The notes under the pieces were generated by a model, which did no database searches, had not been told where the DNA came from, and saw only the letters and a program-made list of their open reading frames with translations. Below are positions 1 through 13,102 of a DNA stretch of 64,000 nt, piece after piece. The stretch covers positions 64,522,586 to 64,586,585 of the forward strand of contig NC_081362.1 in the NCBI RefSeq assembly GCF_030684315.1, given 5' to 3'. Position 1 is the first letter of the stretch, and every line of letters starts with the position of its first letter. The DNA is from Stegostoma tigrinum (Eukaryota). Both the position numbers and the translations under genes were made by a program.

Positions 1-429
1 TAATGTAAAACTTACAAGCAAGCCTGGGAATTGAGATGTTTCATTAACCAGCAAAGGGTAATCAAAAAGTTGATGAAAGAGAAAATAATATAGAATGAGA
101 GTAAACTAGCTAGGAATATAAAAACAGATTGCAAAGCCTTTTACAAGTGTATAATGTTTAACAGACTGACATCTATATTTTGAATTAAGCAGTGGATGGC
201 TGTCAGAGATTACAAGAGATTTTTTTGAAAATCTATGGTTTAGCACAAAGACCAAATCTGACCTTTCCCTTTAAGATGCCATGGCCAGAAATTAATTGCC
301 TACTGGGAAAGAATCCAGTGCTCTTTTTCTTTGAAAAGCCACACCAAACCACCTAAGTAAACAGATCACCAGGACTGCCAACTGGGGTAGTGAGACTGTA
401 ACAAAAATGAAGGAAGAGGTAAAGGAAGA

Positions 430-1300
430 TATATGGGTATAATAAGAGGGAGGGGCCTAATTAAAATGAGGCTGGAAGGGACAAAGAATCTAGGTATAGT
501 TTTTAATAGATCAAGCCACTCACATAATCAGTTGGACAATAAAATGAACAAATGCTGCCCATCAGGTGCAATGGAACAGTAGTGCAAAGTAGGGGCGGGC
601 AGGAAGAAATGGAGGTGATTGAACTAAAAAGGGAGTTGGAGGGGAGAATAATGCATGCCAGTCCCAACAGTGCCATAGGATCCAGATTTATTTTATTACG
701 CCACTACCATTTCACCCATGTCTCTCATTAAATATTTAGAAATTGCCAGCATTTCCCATCGGGGTAGTGCAACAAGAAAAAAAAAGGGGAGAAGAAGGAG
801 ATTAAATTAAAATGGAGTTGGAAGGCGATAAAATGCACTTCAGCTGTTGCAGCGTATACCTCCCTCTAAATAGAATCTTAAAACATCTACCACCAAATTA
901 CCTATTTGACAATTGAGACAATTAAAAATTAACCAGCATAGCCACCAGGGACAGTGTAGCAAGAGCACAAAATGGGGGAGGGTGGGAAGAGAGGGGGGGG
1001 ACTAAATTAAAATGGAGTTGGAGGGGGATATAATGCATACTCATCTCTACAGTTCCGTAGAAAATAGGTCCTTTTCTATAATTAAACACCACCAAGAGAC
1101 CTGTGTCACTAACTAAATTAATGGATTACAAACACTGCCTATCAGTGACAGTGAAACAATAACAAAAGGGAAGGGGAGGGAAACGGGGAGAACATTAAAT
1201 TAAAATGGAGTTGGAGGGAGAAAAGAAGATCTCCAAACCCCACTTTAGAACCCAGGTCCTTTTTAAAAATAAAAAGCATCAATTGACCTGCATTTCTAGC
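430..1300. repeat. Diverged tandem array, about 5 units of ~160-200 bp
   Basis: Recurrent aattaaaatggagttggaggg at ~459, ~620, ~801, ~1001, ~1195, each preceded by a purine tract. Confidence 0.75.
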
Positions 1301-2583
1301 ACTGACACATAAAAGGGTAGACAGCAGCTAAAATAAACTTTTCTATCTTTAAAGTAGAAGGCAGCAAATATCATACCAAGAACAGAGGGTAATCTAAGGT
1401 TTAAAAATTGTAAGAAAATTATAAGAAAATGTCGAGAGAAAACATACTGGAGGATTTAAATCGTGCAGATATCGATGATTTGATGGACTGTATCTTTGAG
1501 TTCTAAAAGAGACAGCTAAAGAGTTAGTGGGTGCACTTTTATGATATTATCCCAGAATTTCCTAGGTTCCCTAGTAAATTAGAAGTTAACAAATGTTCCA
1601 CCTATGTTCAAGAGAAAAGGGAGAGAGTAACACAAAACTGTAGGCCTGTTAGCTAGACCTGTCATTGTGTAGGTTCTTGGATCTGTTGTCAAAGTCTCAG
1701 GGAATGCATTTAGAAAATTCTTGCCTGACCAAACAAAGTCAACATTCCTTTACAAAGGAAAATCATGTTGGACAAACCATTGGAGTCTTTTAGAGGGTAT
1801 ATCTAGTAGGTAGATAAAGACATAATATACTTAGATTTCCAAAAGTGCTTGATCAGGTGTCATGGGAAATGTTAATAAGCAAGTTAAGGGCTCCTGCAGT
1901 TGGAGCTATATATATATTAGCATAAACAGATGATTTATTAATTGGTAGAAAGCAAAGAGTCAGGATCCATAGGACACTTTCAAGTTGGTAGATGACTTTC
2001 AAGAATCAGGAGGTAAACTGCACGCTTCCTATCTTCTGACTTGCTCTTGTAGACACAGTATTTATATAGCCATTCCATTTCAGTTTCTAGTTAATGGTAA
2101 TCCCCAGGATGTTGATTCAGAGATGGTAATGCCATTGAAAATTGAGGAGTGATAGATTCTCTCTTGTCAGGGATGGTCATTGCCTGGCTCTCGTGTGGCA
2201 TAAATGTTACTTGCCATTTGTAAGCCCAAACTTGGATAGTGTCCAGGTTTTGCTGCATTTGGACATCAATTGCTTCAGTATCAAGTTTTAACCTTGGAAT
2301 GGGTATTATGATGGAGGCTGAGTAAGTTGGGTTAATATCCTAGCAAATTTGAAAGAATAAAAGGCGATCTCATTGCATGTTTCAATGTTTTGAAGGTGTT
2401 CGATGGACAGATGCTACAAGATTGTTTCCACTGACTGGGCAATCTTAAACTTGGGATACACTCGCAGAATAAAGAGTCTATCATTTGATGAGCTAAGAAG
2501 AGGAGAAAAAAATCATAACAAGGGTTGTGAATTGTTGGAAATTTGCACTTTAGAGAAATTCGACATACCATCATTGAATACAT

Positions 2584-2659
2584 TGGCCTGCTGTGTTCAT
2601 ACAGCTCTACACCTTGTTATCTCAGATTCTCCAGCATCTGCAGTTCCTGCTATCTCTGA
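2584..2659 (+). mobile_element. PLE 3'-terminal scrap inserted in a CR1 fragment
   Basis: tggcctgctgtgttcat...gcatctgcagttcctgctatctctga; flanked by tgaatacatt / tgaatatatt. Confidence 0.75.
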
Positions 2660-2924
2660 ATATATTTAAACCTGTTATAGACAGATTTTGGTCTCATAGG
2701 AAAACAAGAGATTTAGGGAGTGGATGAGAAAGTGAAGTTGAAGCCCAAAGTCAACCATAATCATATAGATTACTGAAATCAGCGCAACATATTCACTCCT
2801 ACACGGACTTCTTCTGCTCTCTGACCTCTTAGGCATCCTGAGTTTTAATTTGCTGCATCATTGGTGGCTGTGCCTTCAGCTGCATATGCCCTGAGATCTC
2901 GGATTCCCTCCCAAATCTCTGTAT

Positions 2925-3368
2925 CATTAGAGACAGAATTCTACAGCTTGGGAACAGACTCTTGTCCAACTTGTCCATGCAGACCAGATATCCTAAATTA
3001 ACCTAGTCCCATTTGCCAGCATTTGGCTTATATCCCTCTAAACCCTTCCTATTCATATACCTATCCTGGTGCCTTTTAAATGTTGTAATTGTACCAGCCT
3101 CCACCACTTCTTCTGGCAGCTCATTCCATACAAGCACCACCCTCTGTATGAAAAGATTGCCCCTTAGGTCCCCTTTAAATCTTTCCCTTCTCACCTTAGA
3201 CCTATGCCCTCTATTTTTGGACTCCCCTACTCTGGGGAAAAGACCTTGACGATTCACCTTATCCATGCACCTCCTGATTCTATAAACCTCTACATGGTCA
3301 CCCCTTAGCCTCTGGTGCTCCAGAGAAAACAGCAAAGTCTATTCAGCCTCTCCCTATAGTTCAAACCC
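2925..3368 (-). mobile_element. CR1 LINE 3' end
   Basis: ORF 3003-3335 LFSLEHQRLRGD...RVVLVWNELPEEVVEA. Confidence 0.88.
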
Positions 3369-3469
3369 TTTTCTATTTCTCCTTCTTCCCTTGATGACTC
3401 TGCTTTGAATAATCTTTAGCCATTTGCTGCAATATTGTCTAATATGGTTTGGTATCTAATTATGTGATT

Positions 3470-3785
3470 AACACTCCTGCCTCACAGCGTCAAGGACCCA
3501 AATTTGATTCCAGCCTCTGGTGATTTACTGTGTGGAGTTTGCATGTTCTCCAGTGTTTGTATGGGTTTCCTACAGGTGCTTCAGTTTCTTCCCACAGGCC
3601 AAAGACATGCAAGTTAGTGGATTGGCCATGCTAAATTACCCATACTGTTCAGGGATGTGTAGATTAAGTGCGTTAGTCATGGGAATATAGGGTAGGGGGA
3701 TGGGATCTGGGTGGGATGCTCTTCAGTGTATTGGTGTGGACTTGTTGGGCTGAATGGTCCATTTCCATGCTGTGGGGATTCTATT
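3470..3785 (+). mobile_element. HE1/V-type SINE
   Basis: Same core and tail as 11724-12076. Confidence 0.82.
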
Positions 3786-3936
3786 TTTTAAGAAGTGTCT
3801 AAATATAGGACCGATGAAGAGCTTTAGGATACTTAATTACATCAAAAATGCTTTTTAAATGTAAGTTGTTGCATGTATTACAAAGAGGGGATGGCTAAAC
3901 CCTTCTAATGGTTAAATGAAAAAACAAGCCCCAATC

Positions 3937-4729
3937 TGCTATGATGGAATTAGAGGGTCCGCTCTAATAATTACCCACGAAATACCCAGAGAAGCTTGTC
4001 TTTCTCCTCGTAATCTATTAAAAGAGTGGTCAAAAGAAAGAAAATCCCTGATCTTCACTTTACAAGTAACAAGAAGCAAGTTATTTATTTAACACAACAA
4101 TGAACAAATGACAGAATTACTAACAAACTGACAATGCCCCCTTAGACTACTAACTACTTCCTAATTAGCCTAAATTCTACTGGAATACTGTACAAATAAA
4201 CACAAGTCCCACTCTATTAATAAGAAAACAATAAATTAAAACTTAATCTCTCCAATTCGCACTTGGAATGTTCTGTTTTCTCCAGTCTCTTCAAATGCCT
4301 TTCTGCTAATCCTTCTGCCAGGGATGTTTTTTAATTCAATGATGACTTTGAGCTAAAATACCATGGTACCTTTGATTAATTAGATGGACTTTCTCTGAGA
4401 GCTAAATGGTGCTAACTCTTGGCAGGTGGCAGATGACTCTCCCCGATTTTCCAAATGCCATCGTCTTACGTACCCATAATGACAGAATCAAATTGTTATA
4501 ATACGATTGATTTCAGGTTGTCAATTCAATCGAATTTAAATTTGATTTGCTTTCTTGGTTTAAATGATGCTTGAGTTAAATTAACTGGCCAAATTCAAAC
4601 TGGTTGTCTTGGTAAAAATGCTGCTTGGCTGTTCTGTACAAGCTGTTTCCATTGAGGCACTCTGTGTGCATCTGCAATTATAAACTTCCAAGAACAGACA
4701 AAGTACAAGCTCTTAAAGGGACCATGGCA
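3937..4729. mobile_element. Possible solo LTR
   Basis: TG...CA ends with imperfect inverted termini tgctatg / catggca; no TSD found. Confidence 0.3.
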
Positions 4730-5629
4730 CTCTTTATCCCACAATCATTTTTATCAACAAATTCTAAGCTCCTGTCTTCTAATTTGCGAATATGCTATCC
4801 AACTTTGTAACGCATGTTTTATGTATTGTTCTATCATTTGGTGGTACATAAAATCTAATGTACTTAAGGTGCCCATATTTACATTGTGTAATCTAATATT
4901 GCTATGGAACTGAAGACAGATCATGTCAGTGAAAGGCCTTTTGAGTCACTTTGGTTCAGCCCAGCTGAGCAAGATCTTGAGTAGGAAACAAAGCTTTTGA
5001 CATTTACCAGAAATTAAATATCAAAGTGCTGAACTAGAAAGGTCCTGCACACAGATAACATTCACATTATCAGACATGCTTCCAGGAAAATTAGACATTT
5101 TTGCATCCAAAATACACTCACAACTCATTAGTCTTACCTTGATTCAACAACTAAGGTAATTCAGAATTTCAAGCAATGACCAGTCCGGTTAAAGGTTAAA
5201 TTGAGTTCGAACACACTCTGAGAAATGCTGAGCATCCACTCCAATTTAATCCAGTTTTGACTGATTGAGGAAAAACATGCAACGCACCACTTTTCCTTCG
5301 TCCGGATTTTGATGCCTACTTTAACACACAAACATCCTTTATTTATACAGGTCCAGAAATTCATGCAAAGTCACTGAATAACGATGCACTAAAATGGAGT
5401 TGAGGCATTTATTTCAGGGGAGATTTGAATATAGTCTAAATTTGCCAATTTTAAACTGAGAGCGCATCATTAACCTTCTGAAATGTGTCTGCCAGAAGCC
5501 TCCACTGTTCATTTACACACATGCATCCCCATGTAAGCAATCAGTTTGCAAGGGATTCATGGATTGTCAGTAAGGTTGGGAATAGGTAGAGTGTAATTTA
5601 AAAATCCTGTTCTCAGAATGAACTTTCAG

Positions 5630-5870
5630 ATCTCAATGCCATTGGGACTGATTGTGTGGTGTTTGCATATTTTCTGCATGTCTGCATGAGTTTCTTTCAG
5701 GTGCTCTGGGTTCTTCCCAGCCCAAAGATGTGCAGGCTAGGTGGATTAGCCAGAGGAGATGCAGGCGTACAGAGACTGGGTTGGGGGTGTTGGGTCTGGG
5801 TGGGATGCTCTTCAGCAGATCACTTGATGGGCCAAACGGACCGCTTCCAACCTGTACGGATTCTATGATT
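5630..5870 (+). mobile_element. HE1/V-type SINE, degenerate
   Basis: tgtgtggtgtttgcat...ccaaagatgtgcaggctaggtggattagcca...ggattctatgatt. Confidence 0.75.
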
Positions 5871-6315
5871 GCATGCTCCAATTCTCAAAATGAGCGAGGG
5901 AAGCGGAGGGGGAGTCAAGAATTCACTGGCCTCCAACTAGCAGTCTGTTATCATAGGAATTTGTCAAACTGACCCAGGACGAGCTGTTCCTCTGCAGGTA
6001 TATCACTGGTAGGCTCACAGCCCAAAAACGTCCGGGTCATTGTGTACCAGGAGAAGAATAATCCAAATTGAATGCAAATTAGGGATCATTGAATCATGCG
6101 GTTGGACACCTGAGCGGTGCTTCAGCCAATGCCAGCATGAAAACAGCAGTGTGCAGAAATCACTCCAAATTTTTATTTTTAATTTTTGGAAAATTGACCC
6201 ATGGCTGCTGTATCTAAATTAATCCTATTTTATTTCAATAAATATTTACCCTTTAATGTATTCATTGGTTCACCCATTCTACCGAGGCAAATTTACAAAC
6301 ACTAAGGTTTTAGAG

Positions 6316-7088
6316 TAGATTCGTAGCTCGGATTGTGGATGTTGTGGTTGGTTGGCTCACCGAGCTGTTAATTGTTCTGCAGACGTTCCCTTACCCTGCT
6401 GGGTAACATCATCAGTGCAGCCTCCGATGAAATGCTGTTGTGCTTTCCTGCCTGTTATTTAACGACTTCAGGAAGATGCTGCATGCCCCAACACACACAT
6501 CACGCTACCTTACATCAGGAACACTTGTGAGCTGACCACAAGACTCCGATGACCACTGGGCCTCAGAGTAGCACAAAAACGCACATCAACCCGATGCTAA
6601 TTGTTCACCCAAACTGAAGACTCACTATCAATTATGGACAGAACCAATGTCATTGACAAGATCCCCTGCAGAGACTGCGACAAACATTACCTTGGACAAT
6701 TAAACACAAGAGTACATGAACATTAACTAGCAACAAAAAGACATGACCAATACTCATTCATCTCCATCCATATGGATAAGGAAAACCACCAATTCGATTG
6801 GGACAACAACAGGATCCTGAGACAGGCGAAGCAGGGACAAGCACAGGAAGACCTAGAAGACCCCTAAGAAAGCCATCAGTAAACACATAGAGCTAGACCC
6901 CATATATACTCCATTGCTAAAGTAAACAGGAAGTGAGGTAATTCAGCTTAATGGACACCAGAGTTTAAATGACAGGTGGGAAAACACAACAACACCTCAT
7001 TGGAGGCTGCACTGATGATGTTATCCAGCAGGGTAATGAAACGTCTGCGGAACAACAAACCAGCTCGGCGAGCTAAACAACCACAAAA
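6316..7088 (+). mobile_element. Degenerate Poseidon/Penelope-type PLE with inverted terminal repeat
   Basis: Remnant TLPYIRNTCELTTRL...NVIDKIPCRDCDKHYLGQ...TRVHEH...HQFDWDN; 6342-6462 is an inverted copy of ~6965-7087; flanking tttagag at 6309-6315 and 7089-7095. Confidence 0.82.
7007..7050 (+). ncRNA. Minimal type I hammerhead ribozyme motif (Poseidon-type PLE); inverted sister copy at 6377-6420
   Basis: ctgca-CTGATGA-t-gttatcc-agca-gggtaat-GAAA-CGTC-tgcgg: 5-bp stem I, 6-7-bp stem II, ACGT palindrome in place of stem III. Confidence 0.8.
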
Positions 7089-9710
7089 TTTAGAGAGAGC
7101 TTCTTCAACATTGATTCCAATTCACCTCAAATATTGCGGATCTTTTGGCCAGTTCAGTCAATGCCAACAGGTAGCTCTTTGAGGGCTTCCTGATTGAGAT
7201 ATACAGCTTTTTTGTATTCTATCCAGGTGATAACTGTCTTGTCCATAGGTTTGAGAGCCTCCTGTCCGATGCTTTGGGGCAGGCCATCCCTGGGATCAAG
7301 AATCAACAACCAGGAATTCTGTCTCCAAGAGCTACCAATCAATCAGAGGCCAGCACTCCAGTAGGGAGTGCCACTGGAAGGGTGTGGCAGCTGCTGGCCA
7401 CAAGCCCAGCAGAGATCCAGGGTCAAAAACAGAACTGAGACCAGAGTTAAGGGAAAACTGGAAATTGAATAGAAGATGGTGTTGGCCAGGGGATACAGGG
7501 GTGTTTGACTCTCGGAGAAACTCCTCGTCAGCCCTTGAACAATGGATCCTCCCTGGGAGCAAGCAAGTAATCCTCAGGCTCCCCTTGGGCTAGCTGTCCC
7601 ACATTCATTAGTTACATATCAGCCCCACTGGCCTCAATAGGCATTAATCAGCCACTTAGGGGCCTCAATCAGCACCAGAACACATAATCATTCATAAGCT
7701 TTCTTGCCCGCACTCAAACAGGGCTGGGGTAGGCAAGTAGAATGGTCCCCAAGTGCACCCTTCCATTTTAATAGATATCTCTAAATATGAGTTAAAGTAG
7801 GGCATTAAATTATGGCTTTATGCTATCACATCACAAGTATTCATTTAATGAAGTGATCTCACATAATGGCATCAGGGAATTCAATATAGTATCCGAAGGG
7901 CTGCAATCCCTTCATCACTGCACTACAATTATCTTCATGGCCTCACATTTGTTGCCTGTACTTTTACAAAACTACGATCATAACCTACAATTAAAACACT
8001 ATGAAGATAGCTGAAGGTGAAATCAACTTGTAAGTTACAATAATTAGGATCTTGGAAGTCTTAACTTCTGCAAATTCCCAAATTTTGTGAGGTTCCCTCC
8101 AAAACTGGCCTGGAGTCTCAAAGGAATTAAAGATATGCTTGAATGTATAGACATCTCTACAGGTTGATCTGCACTAGTTTGACCACATGGCTGTAATACT
8201 TCAATGATGGATAGCTATCAAGACAAGCAAACAGAACACTCCTCAGGATTCTTCGTTGATGTGGCTTTTTGTTAAAAGTTAATTTTGGATTTGTTGAAGA
8301 TATGCCTGGGCCTGAGGTTTGTTAAGTTTATAAAAAAATTCTACTCTGCAGACTTTTATGTCCTGTTATCAGAATTATTGGTTTTCCAGACTGCAATAAA
8401 ATGTTGGAGAATATCTTTACGAGGGATGATATGCACTGTTCCTTTCAAATCCTTATTTATGCTTTTGACAAGACTATGACACTAATAAAGTAATGTAACA
8501 TGAAGTTTATACTAAATAGCAGAACACTTCAAGGGTCACAAATTCAACCCAAACTATCTCATAACTCATGGCTGGTTATCATCTTTTGATGTATTATCAA
8601 TTGATCTACAAAGTACCGAGGAAGGGCCAGGGTTTAGTCCAGAGCCTGAGTGCCCTGGGATCTGACCTTCTCAAACTATGTTTAAGGGCCATCTTTGTGC
8701 CAAACCCTCAGCACCTCCTCCCACCAACAATGCTGTGTATTAGAGAAGGAGTGTGAAAGTTTAGGGCTTTCCTTAGCTTGCAAGTAAATATCAGCTTGTC
8801 AGCCAGGTCAACTAAAGTCCGCTGAGTGTGTTAGCTGAACAAAAGCTGGAAAATAGCATTAGACCAGTCAGCTATTTTACATAAGAACATAGCACAAGTG
8901 GGCCATTCAGCCCATCAAGGCTGCTCCACCATTCACTTAGGTCATGGCAGTTCATCAATCTCAATACCTGCATGTCTTTGAAGGCTGCATTTTTTACAAC
9001 TCCTTCGTCCAAGTCCTTGACACACATGGCAACATCTCAATGTGGTAGCCACCACCTTTCCTCTCCACCCTCATTTAAGGCAATGGCAGTGAGGCCTGTG
9101 AAAGCCGTTCCACTCCACCTCCAGTCTTTTTTATTAGTTTGTTGGGTGTGGGTGTCATTGGCTGGACCAGCATTTATTGTCCATCCCTCACTGCCCTTGC
9201 GAAGGTAGTGGTGAGCTGTCTTCTTGAACCACTGCAGTCCTCATGATGTAGGTGGATCCACATTGCTGTTAGCGACGGAATTCCAGGATTTTGACTATGC
9301 AACAATGAAGGAATGCTGATATAATTCTGAGTCAGGATGGTCAGTGGTTTGGAGGGGAACTTGTGGGTGGTGATGTTCTAAAAAAGTCTTTAAGTTCCCA
9401 ACTGAAATACAGCTAAAAGCCTCATTCCACTGCCTCTGGTATTAACCAGTTGCAGACAGGGCCTCACAGTGTGAGGTGCACAGTAACTAAACTCTGGCAC
9501 CACTGAAAGAGAGCTCTTGCTTTTGCTGCTGACCCCCACCCCATACTCCATAACCCCTGTATCTTGGCTATCCCTTCTGCCATCATTCATTGTGCCTGCG
9601 TATCTCTGTGATCTGAGGCCTCTGATGGGTGTAGTACCAGTTGCAGCCATTATCTCTACACTGGCAGTCTTGAGAAAAGATGAACTGAGAACACCTGATA
9701 AACTAGTATC

Positions 9711-10170
9711 AGAGATAATGGGAACTGCAGATGCTGGAGAATTCCAAGATAATAAAATGTGAGGCTGGATGAACACAGCAGGCCAAGCAGCATCTCAGGA
9801 GCACAAAAGCTGACGTTTCGGGCCTAGACCCTTCATCAGAGAGGGGGATGGGGAGAGGGAACTGGAATAAATAGGGAGAGAGGGGGAGGCGGACCGAAGA
9901 TGGAGAGTAAAGAAGATAGGTGGAGAGAGTGTAGGTGGGGAGGTAGGGAGGGGATAGGTCAGTCCAGGGAAGACGGACAGGTCAAGGAGGTGGGATGAGG
10001 TTAGTAGGTAGATGGGGGTGCGGCTTGGGGTGGGAGGAAGGGATGGGTGAGAGGAAGAACCGGTTAGGGAGGCAGAGACAGGTTGGACTGGTTTTGGGAT
10101 GCAGTGGGTTGGGGGGAAGAGCTGGGCTGGTTGTGTGGTGCAGTGGGGGGAGGGGACGAACTGGGCCGGT
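9711..10170 (-). mobile_element. 3' end fragment of the young Neptune-type PLE with full tail
   Basis: Near-identical to 17004-17425 and to the palindrome arms; hammerhead core at 9812-9839. Confidence 0.9.
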
Positions 10171-10339
10171 AAACTGGCAGCTTTTGGCAAGAAGGAGTTT
10201 GAGGGAGGTTTGATCCCAAAGAAAATTTCTTCATTGGCTTGTAAAATACCTGAGTGGAGCAAGATTTCAATGGCCTTCTTAAAAAGAGGCAACTCTCCAG
10301 ATGACAACCATTACCCCACAATATTCCATTCACAGTCTA

Positions 10340-10765
10340 ATGTCTCGGCTGGACATGTAAGATCCCATGGCGCTATTTTGAAGAAGAGTAATGGTAATTG
10401 TTCTCGTGTCCTGAGCAATATTTACCCCTTGATTAACATCAGAAGAAATTGATTCTTTGTTGTTAACACATTGCTATTTGCAATCGCATTTTGGGAGTTT
10501 GCTGTGTGCAATTTGGCTGCTATGCTCCCTATATTGCAACACAACTATCTTTCAAAAGTATCAGAGATAATGGGAACTGCAGATGCTGGAGAATTCCAAG
10601 ATAATAAAATGTGAGGCTGGATGAACACAGCAGGCCAAGCAGCATCTCAGGAGCACAAAAGCTGACGTTTCGGGCCTAGACCCTTCATCTTTCAAAAGTA
10701 CTTCATTGTTTGCAATGTATTCTGGGGTGTCCTGTGGCCATCACAGGGTGCGGAATAAATGCAGC
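10340..10765 (+). mobile_element. Deu-domain SINE (SacSINE1/AmnSINE-like); more decayed copy at ~61160-61500
   Basis: agatcccatggcgctattttgaagaagag...gggagtttgctgtgtgcaatttggctgct...ttcaaaagtacttcattg resembles the Deu domain as recalled, not searched. Confidence 0.65.
10561..10689 (-). mobile_element. ~129-bp PLE 3'-terminal mini-insertion inside a Deu-domain SINE
   Basis: Matches 9709-9837; 14-bp TSD atctttcaaaagta at 10547-10560 and 10687-10700. Confidence 0.9.
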
Positions 10766-11723
10766 AGCCTTTTTAACCATGGTGGTGTCCAAGGTTATTT
10801 GATCCAGCCCTTACATGACACATATTGGATGGTGGTATTTGCTATCCTGCCATCTGAAGAGTCAAGAAATGCACCTTTAGCAATCATGGCACTCCACAGC
10901 CATCTTATGCCCCATGAAGTGTTAATTGACTGGAGATGAGACTTCTGTTCCTCACACAGGCAAAAAAAACTGAGAAAACTGTTAGCCAACCTAATTTTGT
11001 GGGAGATTTTCAGACCCTGCAACATAAATGAAAACAGCCAGGCAAACTGGGATTGCAATCCGTCCCCAGATTCAACGTCCTGAAGTCCATTACAGGGGTC
11101 TCAAAATGGGAAGGAGGTGAGGCATGAAGCAAGGTGGTTCTGAAGAGAAGGTGAGAGTATTAATGTAGAGATGGAAATGACAGAACACCCACAAGGGCCA
11201 GGCCCTGCAGGGAGGAGTCACCCAATGTGGAAAAGGGGGACTTGGGGAAGGTAACCCTAATGGACAGTAAGAGTAAAATTTAGCCCATGGACATCCATGC
11301 AAAAATTGTTCATGAAGGAACAATGACAGAAAAGCTATTGGTCCCCTTTACACTCCAAGGGCATCAGAGTCAACTGTGCCATGAGAAGTGCCTCTCCTGA
11401 GATTAACAAATGCAGCACTGACAAGCAATCAAACAATGTTCCTCGGCTGTATGAGATGGCAACTCACTTCATTAACCAACCTACACAGTCATTCACCACT
11501 GTTACATTTGCAATCGCTGTCTCAGATTTTCCTTTCTTGTGAAAAAGAGGAAAGTTTGGATTAATTTAAAACCCGCTGTTATATTCTGTTGCTACTGCTA
11601 TATTCTCTAATGGCTCGAGAGCAGTGCTTGATTAATGCTTTCTTAGAAGAGGTCTCTCACAGCTTGTGTCCAGATTCGAATAAGTTTCTCATGATATTGT
11701 AAAGTTACAACAGCTAAAAATTA

Positions 11724-12076
11724 TAGTCATAGGTCATAGAAACCCTACAGTGTGGAAACAGGCCATTCGACCCAACAGGTCCAAACCACCCCTCCGAAGA
11801 GCATCTCACCCAGACCTAACCCCCTATCCCTGCATTTCCTATGTCTAACCCACCTAAACTAAATATCCATGGGCTCTATGGGCAATCTAGCATGGCCAAT
11901 CCACCTAACCTGCATATCTTTGGACCGTGGGAGGAAACCGGAGCACCCGAAGGAAACCCACGCAGACACGGGGAGAATGTGCAAACTCCACACAGACAGT
12001 CGCCCGAGGCTGGAATTGAACCCGGGTCCCTGGTGCTGTGAAGCAGCAGTGCTAACCACTGAGCCACCGTGCTACC
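11724..12076 (-). mobile_element. tRNA-derived HE1/V-type SINE, well preserved
   Basis: A box TGGCTCAGTGG, B box GGTTCAATTCC, core ctgtgtggagtttgcacattctccccgtg...ggattggccatgcta, CR1-like tail. Confidence 0.88.
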
Positions 12077-12724
12077 AATGTTTCTTTTAATCACCTGACA
12101 GATCTGTTGATGTTTGGGTTATTAGAATGATTTGTATAAAATGTAGGAACATATATCATTGGCATTCCAATGAGCACATCTCTGTTAGTGAACCCACCAA
12201 TAAAATGCCTCAATAAGTTATTCCTTTCACTTGCTACGTAAACCCATAATTCTTGTGTTTATCAACTTATTATATCTTTTACAATTCATTTGTTTATATA
12301 TGTGTCATTGTAGGATTATTAAGTATTTCTGTGAAGAGAAGCAAATGATATACCAAGTTTGTACGTGATCTGTATCATAGCAAAAGTAAAGGTAAAACCA
12401 CCATAGTCCTACTGGACTTTAGGACTGTTCTCTCATTAGAGAGAGATGATGGTGGTGGTTTAAACTGAAGGTGACATTACATCTTGCAAGGAAAGACATT
12501 GAGAAGGAGAGTCCCCATATTACTTGTATGAAGCTTTTTTTCCAAATCCAGCTAGTGTGCTGAATGACACAGTTAACGAAATTGACCCTTGGGCTCCATT
12601 TACTCAGGAAAATGATCCACTTTGCTTATTTTTGGAGTGGAACCACCAATTATTAATGCACTGAAGCTCTTGATAATCACCAATATTACTGTGTGGCCTC
12701 AGAGACAACAAATCTTTTAGCCTG

Positions 12725-12862
12725 TCCCGAAGAAAAGTCATACTGTTTTCGAAATGCTAACTCTGTTACTCTCTCCTCAGATGTTACCAGTCCTGCTGAG
12801 TTTCTCCACTACTCTGTATATCTGTTTCAGATTTCCAGCAAATGCAGTACTTTGCCTTTAAT
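12725..12862 (+). mobile_element. Decayed 3' end of another PLE-like family (related scraps at ~43580-43640, ~48160-48262(+), ~48355-48431(-))
   Basis: Shared pattern cygaaga...gtcayt...cgaaa..taactctg..tctctccacagatgctg..agacctgctga; decayed hammerhead-like core. Confidence 0.5.
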
Positions 12863-13102
12863 CATTTAGTCTTAGTTCTTTATGTACCATATCAATGGCT
12901 TTCCACTTTACACATATTTCCACATGAGAAAATCCTTAAAATGCCATGTTTTGCCTTAAAGAGAATATGCATTTGTTTGAAATCTTTATGGTCTGGAATT
13001 TGGAAAACTTTACTGACAGTCACAGTCTTTGTTTAAATCACAAAAACATTGTTCTCACATTGATTTTATTTCATTCTGAAATCTGTTATGACCCATGTGG
13101 GG

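Larger units (their letters stand above)
1..2760 (+). mobile_element. Old fragmented CR1 ORF2 (pieces ~1-150, ~1470-2000, ~2290-2760) interrupted by other sequence
   Basis: Decayed KLARNIKTDCKAFYK, DFQK, LKGDLI and 3'-end motifs; same family as 13500-14950. Confidence 0.6.

Noticed and set aside
430-1300. CRISPR-like repeat-spacer array
   Set aside because: Eukaryotic context, spacers far too long and mutually related, no cas genes.
7100-7810. Possible non-autonomous DNA transposon (similar impression at ~10940-11300 and ~18790-19270)
   Set aside because: No convincing terminal inverted repeats or TSD could be defined by eye.
12005-12076. tRNA gene
   Set aside because: The A and B boxes belong to a SINE head that continues into the SINE body.
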